Positions 1 through 8,610 are shown, counted from the first letter of the stretch. The stretch is 40,728 nucleotides of DNA from a virus (IMGVR_UViG_3300034100_000027:1-40728), one strand, 5' to 3'. Notes: generated by a model from the sequence alone, not told the origin. Made by a program: numbers and translations.

Positions 1-126
1 CGTCACCCATGGAGTCGTGCGTGTTGTCGAAGTAGGACAGTGTGGCGTAGTGGTCACGCCGGATCGCATCGTGGTCACGCCGGATCGCATCGTGGTCACG
101 CCGGATCGCATCGTGGTCACGCCGGA
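1..126. repeat. Terminal direct repeat (circular assembly overlap), copy 1
   Basis: 1-126 identical to 40599-40724. Confidence 0.95.
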
Positions 127-1246
127 AGGCTCCGTAGCTGCGCGCGGCCTGCTGAATTTTTTCGTAGTGTTCGGCGGTGATCAGGCCCCATTGAGATTTC
201 GTCACCCAATGACTTGCCATCTGCGTTCCAGTAATGCGGTTGATGTCGGAAGTTGTCCACCCGCATCGCTTCATTTCTGAATCAAGATAAGCGCGAATAG
301 GTTCCCAGCCTTCCCAGTAGTTGTCGGCGTTGTTGTTGAAGCCTTGCTCTCCGAGCATGAAAAACAGACAACGCTCAGAATCGGGGTATGACCTTGCCGT
401 CCCGTCTCGCATGCTCTGGCTGCTTCCCTTGTCCCACGCGATCTCGTTGCGAAGCGTCAGTCGCTCAGAATCTGCTAAACCCCCCGCATACCAAAGCCTC
501 CACAGGTCCGGCGCATTGCCCCAGACATACGCACTCCCGTTGTCTTCGACATGCGGACGAAACGCAGCCCACCACCGCATCTGGAAGGCGTCTAGCTTTT
601 CTCGATACAGGTTGTCGTTGGCTACGCCGTCGCTTTCCTTGCCCATACCGTAGGGAGGATCTGCGTGCACCAGCGCCGCACGCTTGCCGTCCATCAACAC
701 GGAGACATCCGCGGCGCTGGTGGAGTCGCCACACATGACGCGGTGCCGGCCCAGCTGCCAGACATCGCCGGTGCGGCTTATCGCCTCAGCTCGCGGCGCG
801 GGCGTGGCGTCTTTTTCTGTCTTCCCAGGCACCACCGGGTCGGCCAGCAGCTCGGCCAATTCATCGGGCCCGAATCCGAGGAGGCTCATGTCGAAGTTGA
901 GCGCGTGCAGGTCGTGCAGCTCGTCGGCCAGTACGGCGTCGTCCCATCCGGCCTGCAGGGCGAGCTGGTTATCCGCGATCACGTAGGCCTTTTTCTGGGA
1001 TTCGGTGAGCCAATCGACGCGCAGGCAAGGCACCTTCCCCATGCCGATGCTTTGCGCGGCCATGACGCGGCCGTGGCCGGCGACGATGCCGCCCTGGCCG
1101 TCGATGAGCACGGGGTTGGTAAAGCCGAACTCGCGGATGGAGCGGCCGATCTGCGCGATTTGCTCTTTGCTGTGGGTGCGGCTGTTGCGTGCGTAGGGCA
1201 CCAGCGAGCCGACGGGCAGCATCTCGATCTTGTCCTGGACCTTCAC
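1..1246 (-). CDS. ParB-N-terminal-domain DNA methyltransferase (N4/N6 type), 5' part; continues across the contig junction to 40306
   Basis: Own translation from GTG 1246 (RBS GAAAGGTGG): ParB-like N-terminus (PYARNSRTHS..IREFGFTNPVLID..AGHGR), then CGDST and HADPPY; stays in frame into ORF 40306-40608. About 512 aa; absent from the ORF track because it wraps. Confidence 0.9.
   Translation of the reverse strand, partial: MKVQDKIEMLPVGSLVPYARNSRTHSKEQIAQIGRSIREFGFTNPVLIDGQGGIVAGHGRVMAAQSIGMGKVPCLRVDWLTESQKKAYVIADNQLALQAGWDDAVLADELHDLHALNFDMSLLGFGPDELAELLADPVVPGKTEKDATPAPRAEAISRTGDVWQLGRHRVMCGDSTSAADVSVLMDGKRAALVHADPPYGMGKESDGVANDNLYREKLDAFQMRWWAAFRPHVEDNGSAYVWGNAPDLWRLWYAGGLADSERLTLRNEIAWDKGSSQSMRDGTARSYPDSERCLFFMLGEQGFNNNADNYWEGWEPIRAYLDSEMKRCGWTTSDINRITGTQMASHWVTKSQWGLITAEHYEKIQQAARSYGAFRRDHDAIRRDHDAIRRDHDAIRRDHYATLSYFDNTHDSMGD
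51..126. repeat. 21-bp in-frame tandem repeat TGGTCACGCCGGATCGCATCG (RRDHDAI heptads)
   Basis: 3 full copies plus a partial copy, inside the methyltransferase gene. Confidence 0.95.
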
Positions 1247-1272
1247 AAAACCACCTTTCCGATGAAATTCGA

Positions 1273-1517
1273 ACCACTACGCCTGCCACTACGGCAAATT
1301 TGTAACAAACTACGCCTCGAACCCGCATCACTACTGACACTACGGGTACTACGGGGAGGAATTCGCGTGGGCGCGTGCGCGCGCGCATGTGCGCACGCAC
1401 GCACACATACACGTGAGAAAACAGGCGTAGTGCCGTAGTAAGTCAATGAAATCAACGACTTAGCCCGTAGTGGCTGGCGTAGTGGCGCGTGCTTTTGGCG
1501 TAGTGGGCGTAGTGGCG
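1273..1517. promoter_or_regulatory. Putative replication origin with convergent CACTACG/CGTAGTG iteron arrays
   Basis: About 5 ACTACG repeats on the left and 6 inverted CGTAGT repeats on the right, flanking a largely alternating purine-pyrimidine tract; directly downstream of the primase-helicase gene. Confidence 0.65.
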
Positions 1518-3836
1518 TCATTCGAGTTCCTGCGCCTGGGCGAATTTGAAAAAACACGCGGTGAGCCATTCGGCCTGAGTTTTGCCGTCTTTTGACACCG
1601 GTTCAGCGTAAGTTGCCAGCAGATCGTCTGGCGGTATGACCATTTTGCGGCTCTTGATGGTTTTGTCGATGAGGCTGACGTAGGTCTGCAGCGGCTGGCC
1701 AGCCCGCCAGCGCGGGAGCATCTTGACGCTGCCGATGAACTGGGCCTGGCTGCGCGGGGAGCGCTCGCCGGAGGCGTCGCACCATTTGCGGTAAGCGGCG
1801 TAGAGGTGGGAGCCCAGGCAGGGGACAAAGGGGGCCTTGGGCACCTCACCGGCCTGCCATTCGCTGAGGAAGCGCTGGACGCTGTCGAGGCTGACCTCGA
1901 TGAGGTCTTGCTTGGCGTGGGTCATGGGCGGCTTGGTGTGTTCGTCGAAGTCGCCCAGATCGAGGTGGAGCAGGTAGTGGTGCAGCGCGGCGATGCCGCC
2001 GGCGTTGATTTCGTCGCGCACGTCCTGGTAGAACACGGGCAGGAGTTTTTCCGGGGTGTGGATGACGGCGTAGCGCCGGTCGTCTTTCTCCAGTACCAGC
2101 GGCTGGGTTTCGTTGCTGAGGAAGACGAGGTTGACGTGGTTGCGCTCGTCATGGGCGGCGACGTTCTTGGGGTTGATGCGGATCCACTCGCCGGTGACGA
2201 AGCCTTTGAGCTTGTTTTTGACGTGGAAGAGTTCTTGCCGGGCGACGACTTCGTCGGCGATCATGAAGAGTTTTTTGCTGGCCCAGTCGTTGAATTTGTC
2301 TTCTACGGCGGCCTGGTCGACGATGCGTCCGTATTCGCCGTAGATGGCCATGACGGCTTCAAAGAACAGGTTCTTGCCGGTGCCCTGCGGGCCATGGAAG
2401 ACGATGGCGGTGCGCATCTTGGCGCCGGGGTGCTGAATGGGATAGGCCAGCCATTTGACGACCCAGTAGAAGGCTTTGCGGTCTTCACCCTCTTCTGAGC
2501 ACAGGTAGTCCAGCAGCTCGAGCAGTTTGTCGCAGGTGCCCTCTTCCGGCCTGGTGGGCCAGCCGCCCCAGAGGTTGCAGGTGATGCGCTTGTCGGTGCC
2601 GGCCGGGTCGAAGCCCACCTCATCCATGCGCACGACGCGCTTGATGCTGCGCATGTCGCGCCAGCCGTGCTCGGGCAGGATGTCGAGCACGTCATTCTTG
2701 GGGACCAGGATGTGCTCTTGATAGTCGAACAAGGTGCCCTTGCCGCCGAAGATGAGGGCGAAGCGTTTGACGGCTTCGTCGATGGTGAGCATGGACTTGA
2801 GCGCGGCGCGCTCCCCGTCCCCCTGGGGTGGGGCGCCCGCGGGCGGCTGCGCCGCGCCGGGGCGCCACCGCAAGGCGGCGAGGCGGTCTTCGAGCTGGGC
2901 GCGTACCGTGTGCAGGCCCTCGGCGAGGTGCAGGTCGTTGAAGTCGGTCAGGCCTTTCTTGCCGGCCTCGCGGCTGACGGTGAAGATGGGCGCGGCCACC
3001 TCGCCGCCCACGGCCAGGGCGGCGGTGCTGGCGGCGGTCATGCCGGGGTTGCCGTCGCTCTTGAAGTCGTCGTCGGCGCAGATGAGGATGCGGGCGCCTC
3101 GGTGGCGCCGGCGCAGGGCTTCGGCCACGGGCAGCAGGTTGCCGGCGTCGAAGGCCACGGAGACGGGCAGGCCGGTGGCCTGGTGGATGCTGGCGGCGGT
3201 GGCGTAGCCCTCAGCCACGAGCACCAGGTCGACCACGCTGCCGATCTGGAACCAGTGGCCCTTCTTGGCCAAGCCGGCGGGCCAGAAATCCTTGTTGCGG
3301 CCGGTGGCGGCCACGCGCTTGTGGCCCTTGGGCAGCAGTATCTGCAGGCCGTGCAGGTTGCCTGCGGCGTCGAGCATGGGGACGTAGGCGCAGCCGCTTT
3401 CCGAGAACCGCAGGCCGTGCGCTTGGACGCCCTTGGCCTCCAGGTACTGGCAGGTTCCGACCGGGAGCAGCTTGTCCCACACGTTCTTGGCCCGGCGCGC
3501 GGCGGTGGCCGCCTCGGCGGCGCGGTAGGCGTCGACGCGCTTGCGGTCCTCAAGCATGCGCTTCTTCAGCGCGGCGCGCTGGTCGTCGGTGAGCTTGCGC
3601 AGCTTGCCCAGCTCGACCTTCTGCGCGTTGTTCTCGTTGCCCTGCCAGCGGCCAAAACTGCCCACGAGCACGGTGTCGCCGTCGTCCAGGCGCAGCTCGT
3701 GCAGCATGTACCAGCCGCGGCGCTCGCGGTCGCCTTCGACCTTGCAGCGGCGCATCTTGCCGACGTCGAGCGAGTCGACCTGCAGGCCGATGCCGCGCAG
3801 CTGGTTGAGCACGTCGTCGTAGTTGGCCCAGCTCAT
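1518..3836 (-). CDS. DNA primase-helicase (TOPRIM plus SF3/D5-like ATPase)
   Basis: AEGYATA and ICADDD TOPRIM motifs, DFNDLH, Walker A GPQGTGKN; start MSWANY overlaps the upstream stop (ATGA). Confidence 0.9.
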   Translation of the reverse strand: MSWANYDDVLNQLRGIGLQVDSLDVGKMRRCKVEGDRERRGWYMLHELRLDDGDTVLVGSFGRWQGNENNAQKVELGKLRKLTDDQRAALKKRMLEDRKRVDAYRAAEAATAARRAKNVWDKLLPVGTCQYLEAKGVQAHGLRFSESGCAYVPMLDAAGNLHGLQILLPKGHKRVAATGRNKDFWPAGLAKKGHWFQIGSVVDLVLVAEGYATAASIHQATGLPVSVAFDAGNLLPVAEALRRRHRGARILICADDDFKSDGNPGMTAASTAALAVGGEVAAPIFTVSREAGKKGLTDFNDLHLAEGLHTVRAQLEDRLAALRWRPGAAQPPAGAPPQGDGERAALKSMLTIDEAVKRFALIFGGKGTLFDYQEHILVPKNDVLDILPEHGWRDMRSIKRVVRMDEVGFDPAGTDKRITCNLWGGWPTRPEEGTCDKLLELLDYLCSEEGEDRKAFYWVVKWLAYPIQHPGAKMRTAIVFHGPQGTGKNLFFEAVMAIYGEYGRIVDQAAVEDKFNDWASKKLFMIADEVVARQELFHVKNKLKGFVTGEWIRINPKNVAAHDERNHVNLVFLSNETQPLVLEKDDRRYAVIHTPEKLLPVFYQDVRDEINAGGIAALHHYLLHLDLGDFDEHTKPPMTHAKQDLIEVSLDSVQRFLSEWQAGEVPKAPFVPCLGSHLYAAYRKWCDASGERSPRSQAQFIGSVKMLPRWRAGQPLQTYVSLIDKTIKSRKMVIPPDDLLATYAEPVSKDGKTQAEWLTACFFKFAQAQELE

Positions 3837-4576
3837 CGCGCGGTCCTCACGGCGTCGGCGTAGGCCTGGCCGAACTGGCCGGCGAAGGTGTCCCGCACAT
3901 GCTGCTGGGCCACCCTCTCGAAGTTGAAGCGCTGCTTGTAGACCGGCGGCTTGATGAACATCAGGATGGGCTTGATGGACCCGGCCCCGTCGCGCTGCCA
4001 GACCCCCGGCGCCAGCGTGGTCTTGCGCCCGGCGGGCGAGACGACGAAATAGGCGCCGATCTTCTTGACCTTGGCCGCCTTCGCGGCCGTCATGTTCATG
4101 CGCGGCGAGTTCAGGGTGGTGATGCCGAAGGTCTGGAAGTAACTCAGCATCTGGGCCAGCTGCCCGCGCGCCAGGTTGCCGTAGGCATCGAGCTTTGCGC
4201 CCTTCCCCGGTGCAGTCTGCATGCCCGCCGGCAGGATGCCAGCCGCCTGCAGCATGATCTCTGACCGCTTCATGGGCCGCGCCCCGCCCTGCACCCCCGG
4301 CATCAGGTATTCGTCCGCCGGCAGGCCTTGGTCCCGCTCCTTCATGGCCACCACAGCGGTGAGGCTCTCCTTCGTCGCCTTGTCCACCGCGAAGGCCTTG
4401 AGCGTCTGCGGCGTCGGCCGGTCGAACACCTTGCCCTCTTCGGCCGTCTCGGCGCCGGCAACACCCCACGCCGTGCGCGTCAGCGCCAGCGCCGTGGCAA
4501 ACCGCACCTGCTTGGCCTGGTTCGCCACATCCTCACGCACCGCGCTGAGGTCCGCCTCAACCCTGATCTCAAACAC
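3833..4576 (-). CDS. Conserved phage protein (gpZ/neck-like family)
   Basis: GTG start with GGAGGT RBS; KQVRFATALALTRTA..FDRPTP pattern typical of this phage protein family. Confidence 0.6.
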   Translation of the reverse strand: MFEIRVEADLSAVREDVANQAKQVRFATALALTRTAWGVAGAETAEEGKVFDRPTPQTLKAFAVDKATKESLTAVVAMKERDQGLPADEYLMPGVQGGARPMKRSEIMLQAAGILPAGMQTAPGKGAKLDAYGNLARGQLAQMLSYFQTFGITTLNSPRMNMTAAKAAKVKKIGAYFVVSPAGRKTTLAPGVWQRDGAGSIKPILMFIKPPVYKQRFNFERVAQQHVRDTFAGQFGQAYADAVRTAR

Positions 4577-4644
4577 CGGCGGACCTCCCAGCCCAGCCCG
4601 GGCCACCCAGTTGACTAAGCCCCAACCCCACACATTCCAGATAT

Positions 4645-4692
4645 TTCACGCTCGAATTAACCCGCGCGGCTCTATGCGGGGAAGGACCCAAT
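4645..4692 (-). other. Putative cos packaging site
   Basis: GGGTCCT (identical to lambda cosQ) at 4689-4683 followed by CGCGGGTTAATTCG, in an intergenic region; the phage has a GpA-type terminase. Confidence 0.45.
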
Positions 4693-4798
4693 GACGGGGG
4701 GGGCGTAGGCTGTTGCATCTTTTGTGCAACGCTGCAACTGTGCGCGCGCATGGGCCGCACTGCCTCAAGTGGGGGACGGGGAGCCGGTGGCATGGCGG

Positions 4799-5284
4799 TC
4801 ATGCAGCGCGGCGGATGTTGGAAGGCTTGCCGGCCTCGTGGCGGGAATGGACCGAGGCGAGTAGGGACTGGAGCGCTGATATGACCTCGCCGCCCTTGCC
4901 CTCGATGCGCTTGAGTTCGTTGCCGCTGACGTGGCCGTCAGACAGATCACCGGACACCTCGGCCACCAGGTCGGAGAACTCGCGGGCCAGCGCGGCGAGG
5001 CGCACCATGCACTCATCCTGCTGCTGGGGAGAGCCGGGCAATGGCATGAGCATCTGGCCACAGTTGGCAGCGAACGCAGAGAGCAGCACCAGGGCGTTGG
5101 TCTGGGCCACCTCGCGTGCGAACTGAGTCATCTCTTCCGCATCCTCGAGACCGAGCTTGAATCCCGGCGATGCGTTCACCTCGCGGCGCAGGGTGTCGGG
5201 GTGTTTGCCAAGACGCTGCGCCATGGCGCCGTAGCTGCCGGGGTAGTTCTTGGCCAGATCGCGTGCGGCTTCAAGGATGTTCAT
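4799..5284 (-). CDS. Phage regulatory CII-family protein
   Basis: N-terminal HTH (AMAQRLGKHPDTLRREVN), C-terminal DGHVSGNELKRI; lies downstream of cro. Confidence 0.75.
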   Translation of the reverse strand: MNILEAARDLAKNYPGSYGAMAQRLGKHPDTLRREVNASPGFKLGLEDAEEMTQFAREVAQTNALVLLSAFAANCGQMLMPLPGSPQQQDECMVRLAALAREFSDLVAEVSGDLSDGHVSGNELKRIEGKGGEVISALQSLLASVHSRHEAGKPSNIRRAA

Positions 5285-5602
5285 GTCGGTCTTCCTTGGT
5301 TTGGGATATGGGTACTAGGCATCGCGCCGTCACCACGTGACACTAGGCGCATGGATAAAAAACCCACCCGCAACCCCGACGCACCCAAAGCCGCGCACCT
5401 GCCCGCGCGCGACATGGACCACAGGGGGGAGTCGCCCCGCACGGATGTGCCGGACTTGATGGTTGCGGGTGGGGAAAAACGGGCGCCGGCGGCGTGGGTG
5501 CTGCGCGTGTGCGGCGTGCCTGCGTGGGGCAAGCGGGCATGAGCGCCCCGCGTGACTACACTGTGGGCTCCTACACCGATCAACTTCACCAGGGGGTCAC
5601 TC

Positions 5603-5977
5603 ATGAAACTGAACCGAGAAAAAACTGTTGCATCACTACAGATCGATGCAGCATTCAGCGCCGGAGAGCTGGAAGAACTCATCAGCAAACTGGCGGTCTT
5701 GAGGTCAGACATGACGCCTCCAGTGCCTCAGGACAGACCCAATCCGGCGAGCGACGGAGAAAAGCACATCACCATCGAGGACGAGCCAGCGGCGATTGCG
5801 GCACGGCTGCGCGACGGTCGCATCCGGCTGTGGCTGCGCAACCGTGGCACGGGGTGGATGGCCTACAACATGTCCATCGACAACGCCTGCGCCCTGCGGG
5901 ACTACCTGGTGGCACACCTTACCGGCGAGACAGGACGGCCAGACCTCTTCGGCGATGGCATCGGCCAGGCGCACTGA
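5603..5977 (+). CDS. Hypothetical protein (antisense moron between cro and cII)
   Basis: 124 aa ORF with AGGGGG RBS and upstream -10 TACACT. Confidence 0.7.
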   Translation: MKLNREKTVASLQIDAAFSAGELEELISKLAVLRSDMTPPVPQDRPNPASDGEKHITIEDEPAAIAARLRDGRIRLWLRNRGTGWMAYNMSIDNACALRDYLVAHLTGETGRPDLFGDGIGQAH

Positions 5978-5985
5978 GCGAGTCA

Positions 5986-6243
5986 TCAAACCGCCTCCGT
6001 GGTGGTTGTTTGGGCGGCAGCGGCTTGGGCCAGCTCGGGCCAGATGGCGGCCCAGTCATCGGGGCGCAGGTCTTTGCGGGTGACGGCGCCGGCGGTGGCA
6101 CGCTCGATGGGGACGCAGCGTTCGATGGGCACCCGCTTATCGCCGCCAACCATCTTCGACACGAATGACGGAGGGACATCAATGGCCCTAGCCAACGCGA
6201 GCGCCCTACCGCGCTCTGCTTCAACCCATGATTTGAGATCCAT
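5986..6243 (-). CDS. cro: Cro/YdaS-like repressor
   Basis: HTH and CVPIERATAGAVTRKDLRPDDW signature; divergent from cI. Confidence 0.85.
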   Translation of the reverse strand: MDLKSWVEAERGRALALARAIDVPPSFVSKMVGGDKRVPIERCVPIERATAGAVTRKDLRPDDWAAIWPELAQAAAAQTTTTEAV

Positions 6244-6250
6244 AGACCGC

Positions 6251-6311
6251 ATTGTATTGCCCAATGGATACTATTTGTCAATACCCAACGGAAAATTTAT
6301 CAAACGGGCAT
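6251..6311. promoter_or_regulatory. OR-like region: cro promoter and three operators
   Basis: Minus strand TTGACA (6281-6276) and TACAAT (6256-6251), with a long 19-bp spacer, 7 nt before the cro ATG; three TATCCANNGGG(C/T)A-like imperfect palindromes. Confidence 0.7.
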
Positions 6312-6331
6312 CTTCAGGCAGCATCCACGCC

Positions 6332-6721
6332 ATGCAAACCGTGTATGAAACACGCCGGGCCCGACTAGAAATGCTGATAGCAAGCCACGGCGGGAAGTTG
6401 GCCAATTTGAACGAGGCACTTGGATATGAGCGCAATCACACCCAATTAGCCAGAATACGAAATAACAACGCCAGAAGTGACCGACCAGGGAAGACATTCG
6501 TCATGGGAGACCCGCAGGCCCGCGAAATCGAAGAGAAACTGGGCTTGCCGCTCGGCTGGATGGACACGCCGCCGTTGTACGACGAAATCCACGGCAAAGA
6601 TAACCCGAAGGCGAAAGCCTTTGCCTTGCTTGAGAAGGCCACCGACGAGCAAGCCGTCTATGTCACGCGGCTCCTTACTGCGGCTGATGAACCACGAGGA
6701 AAACAGGGCAACGGCGACTAG
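6332..6721 (+). CDS. CI-like repressor (no S24 peptidase domain visible)
   Basis: RRARLEMLI..MGDPQAREIEEKLGLPLGWMD signature; divergent from cro; 129 aa. Confidence 0.8.
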   Translation: MQTVYETRRARLEMLIASHGGKLANLNEALGYERNHTQLARIRNNNARSDRPGKTFVMGDPQAREIEEKLGLPLGWMDTPPLYDEIHGKDNPKAKAFALLEKATDEQAVYVTRLLTAADEPRGKQGNGD

Positions 6722-6784
6722 TATCCAAAAAACCGCCATCGTGCTGCCATTCCGGCGGCCTGGCCGGTGACACAGGAGACGACG

Positions 6785-7333
6785 ATGCTTAGATTTGCAC
6801 TCAAGACAATGGTGGCCGTTGCGGTGACGGCAATGGCCGCCTACTCATTTGCCGAAATGCCGCCGCTTGAGTTCAAGGGCCTGCATCCGGCCGGCGATGG
6901 CACCCCACTGCTGACGCACGGCGCATGGACCTGCGCTGCCGACCAACTCAACGGCTCTGACACGGTTTGCTCTCGCAAGCACGAAACCATCGCCGGGGCC
7001 GACACAAACCTTGTGATGGTCGGGCTCAAGGACGGGAAGATTCTCAGCATCTATGTCTTTTTCTCGCAAAATGACTTCACGCGCGTGCATGAAGCGCTCG
7101 TATTGAAGTACGGGCCACCCCAAAAAGGGCGCGTTGACACCAAGACCAACCGGATGGGCGCGGAGTTCGCCAGCCGGGTTTCCGAGTGGAGGAAGCAGTC
7201 GAAACACATGCGACTAGAAGAACGCTCCGGCAGGCTTGACCAATCAACCTTGCACATAAGCTCCGACGAAGCCACACGAGCGGCTGCCGATCATCAAAAG
7301 AACCGGGCCGGGAAGAACAAGAGCGACCTGTGA
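6785..7333 (+). CDS. Exported hypothetical protein
   Basis: Signal peptide (..AMAAYSFA); GGAGA RBS; co-oriented with cI. Confidence 0.7.
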   Translation: MLRFALKTMVAVAVTAMAAYSFAEMPPLEFKGLHPAGDGTPLLTHGAWTCAADQLNGSDTVCSRKHETIAGADTNLVMVGLKDGKILSIYVFFSQNDFTRVHEALVLKYGPPQKGRVDTKTNRMGAEFASRVSEWRKQSKHMRLEERSGRLDQSTLHISSDEATRAAADHQKNRAGKNKSDL

Positions 7334-7342
7334 GGCAGCAAA

Positions 7343-7795
7343 CTATGCACCACTACCGCCTGCGCTATCTTGCCGACAATGATGATATGGACCCGAAAAA
7401 GCTTGTCTCCACTCGGCAATATTCGCCGGGGGATGTACTACACCTTCAAGAGTCTTCGGGTTTCTTTCATCTGGTAGTTCAGCGTCAACCGCTGAAGACA
7501 GGTATTCAGCTTGTTCTGTCCAAATCTGCTCAATCCGAGGCTGAGGCACGCCTGCTAGCAGCTCAGTACAAACACTGGCCAGCACCTTAGCGGCCTGGCG
7601 GCGCACGTCGTCGGGCTCTCTTATCCACGGCCCGCGCACATTGGGCGACTCTGGCATGGTGTGCATCGGCGGCGCCTGGTAGGGCCACATCAGGGTGTTG
7701 ATGGTTCCCACCCCCGGCAGCTCCGGCCACATCGACATCACGTAAATCGCCGCGCCGGCCTTCTGGGCCAGCGTGGGTTGTTGCACATTTCCCAT
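7343..7795 (-). CDS. Hypothetical protein
   Basis: 150 aa ORF with AAGGAGA RBS and upstream TATAGT -10. Confidence 0.55.
   Translation of the reverse strand: MGNVQQPTLAQKAGAAIYVMSMWPELPGVGTINTLMWPYQAPPMHTMPESPNVRGPWIREPDDVRRQAAKVLASVCTELLAGVPQPRIEQIWTEQAEYLSSAVDAELPDERNPKTLEGVVHPPANIAEWRQAFSGPYHHCRQDSAGGSGA
7345..7590 (+). CDS. Hypothetical protein
   Basis: 81 aa ORF 11 bp after the previous stop; lower GC; fully overlapped by an antisense ORF. Confidence 0.5.
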   Translation: MHHYRLRYLADNDDMDPKKLVSTRQYSPGDVLHLQESSGFFHLVVQRQPLKTGIQLVLSKSAQSEAEARLLAAQYKHWPAP

Positions 7796-7890
7796 AGGTA
7801 TCTCCTTGCCCGCACCATGCGGGTTGCGCCACTATAGCAAAATAAATATCCATTGGGTATTGACAAACAATATCCAACGGGCAAATAATT
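7788..7890 (+). promoter_or_regulatory. OL-like region: early promoter and operators
   Basis: TTGACA 7860-7865 and AATAAT 7884-7889; operators TATCCATTGGGTA and TATCCAACGGGCA match those at 6251-6311. Confidence 0.75.
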
Positions 7891-7948
7891 CACTCCAACC
7901 CGCCAAATCACGGCGGGCAAGGAGTGAAAAGTGCAGACACCCCACACC

Positions 7949-8419
7949 TCAAGCCAGCGCCGCAATCACCCGCTCAGCGCGCGTCAATGGCTGCGCATGG
8001 CCTGGCTGGCCGATGGCGCGCACCACATCGTTGTAGACCACATTGCGCAGTGGCTCAATCTCGGGTGCGCACGACTGGCGCGCCACGTTGAGGGCCTGCT
8101 CCAGATCGTCCGCGCCCATGTGCTGGCTGCTGACCAGCAGCGCGGTGAAGCGGCGCATGTCGGCCTCGTTGGCGGCCGCCTTGTCGGCGGGGCGCACAGC
8201 CACCAGCGCCGCACCGACCACGGCCAACAACACACCGCCCGCAATGGGCAGCCAGGGCGGCGCCCAGTGCGTCAAGGCGCTCAGCGTGCCGCTGCCGCCC
8301 AGCACCGCCAAGAAGGTGCCAGCGGTCTGCACGCGCCGGTACAAGCGCGCCGCGCGCTGAGACAGGCGCTCGGCGTACTGCACCTCGGCGCGCAAGATGT
8401 CAACAGATTTATCGGTCAT
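7949..8419 (-). CDS. Two-TM membrane protein, SLATT-like
   Basis: Basic N-terminal helix, two adjacent hydrophobic segments, helical C-terminal tail; AGGAG RBS. Confidence 0.65.
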   Translation of the reverse strand: MTDKSVDILRAEVQYAERLSQRAARLYRRVQTAGTFLAVLGGSGTLSALTHWAPPWLPIAGGVLLAVVGAALVAVRPADKAAANEADMRRFTALLVSSQHMGADDLEQALNVARQSCAPEIEPLRNVVYNDVVRAIGQPGHAQPLTRAERVIAALA

Positions 8420-8423
8420 GGTG

Positions 8424-8522
8424 TCAGGCTCCTGATGATCCCCGCCACTGCGGCGGCGGAGGCGCCGGCGGTGGCAAGGGGCGCGGCGGCCGGTGTGACC
8501 GCTGCTCCAAAAAAGGTTTCAT
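8424..8522 (-). CDS. Proline-rich 32-aa peptide
   Basis: GAGGAGG RBS then MKPFLEQRSHRPPRPLPPPAPPPPQWRGSSGA; stop 4 bp before the 2TM gene. Confidence 0.55.
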   Translation of the reverse strand: MKPFLEQRSHRPPRPLPPPAPPPPQWRGSSGA

Positions 8523-8610
8523 GGGCCTCCTCGTTGGGCGACGATTGCGGTGTCGGAGCTTGCAATATACCCCTTCTGCGGAGGCCCGCCAACACCACCG
8601 GGGTGCCCGC

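Noticed and set aside
51-126. CRISPR array or DGR repeat
   Set aside because: The repeats are contiguous with no spacers and lie in frame in a gene; no cas or reverse transcriptase gene is present
1-126. Physical terminal repeats of the virion DNA
   Set aside because: The overlap falls mid-gene at a tandem repeat, typical of an assembler break in a circular contig
3837-4469. N-terminal extension of the 983-aa primase ORF
   Set aside because: It overlaps another same-strand gene; the real start is the ATGA-coupled ATG at 3836
5281-5545. Small ORFs or structured RNA upstream of cII
   Set aside because: The ORFs have implausible composition and no RBS; GC-rich hairpins are possible but no RNA family can be supported
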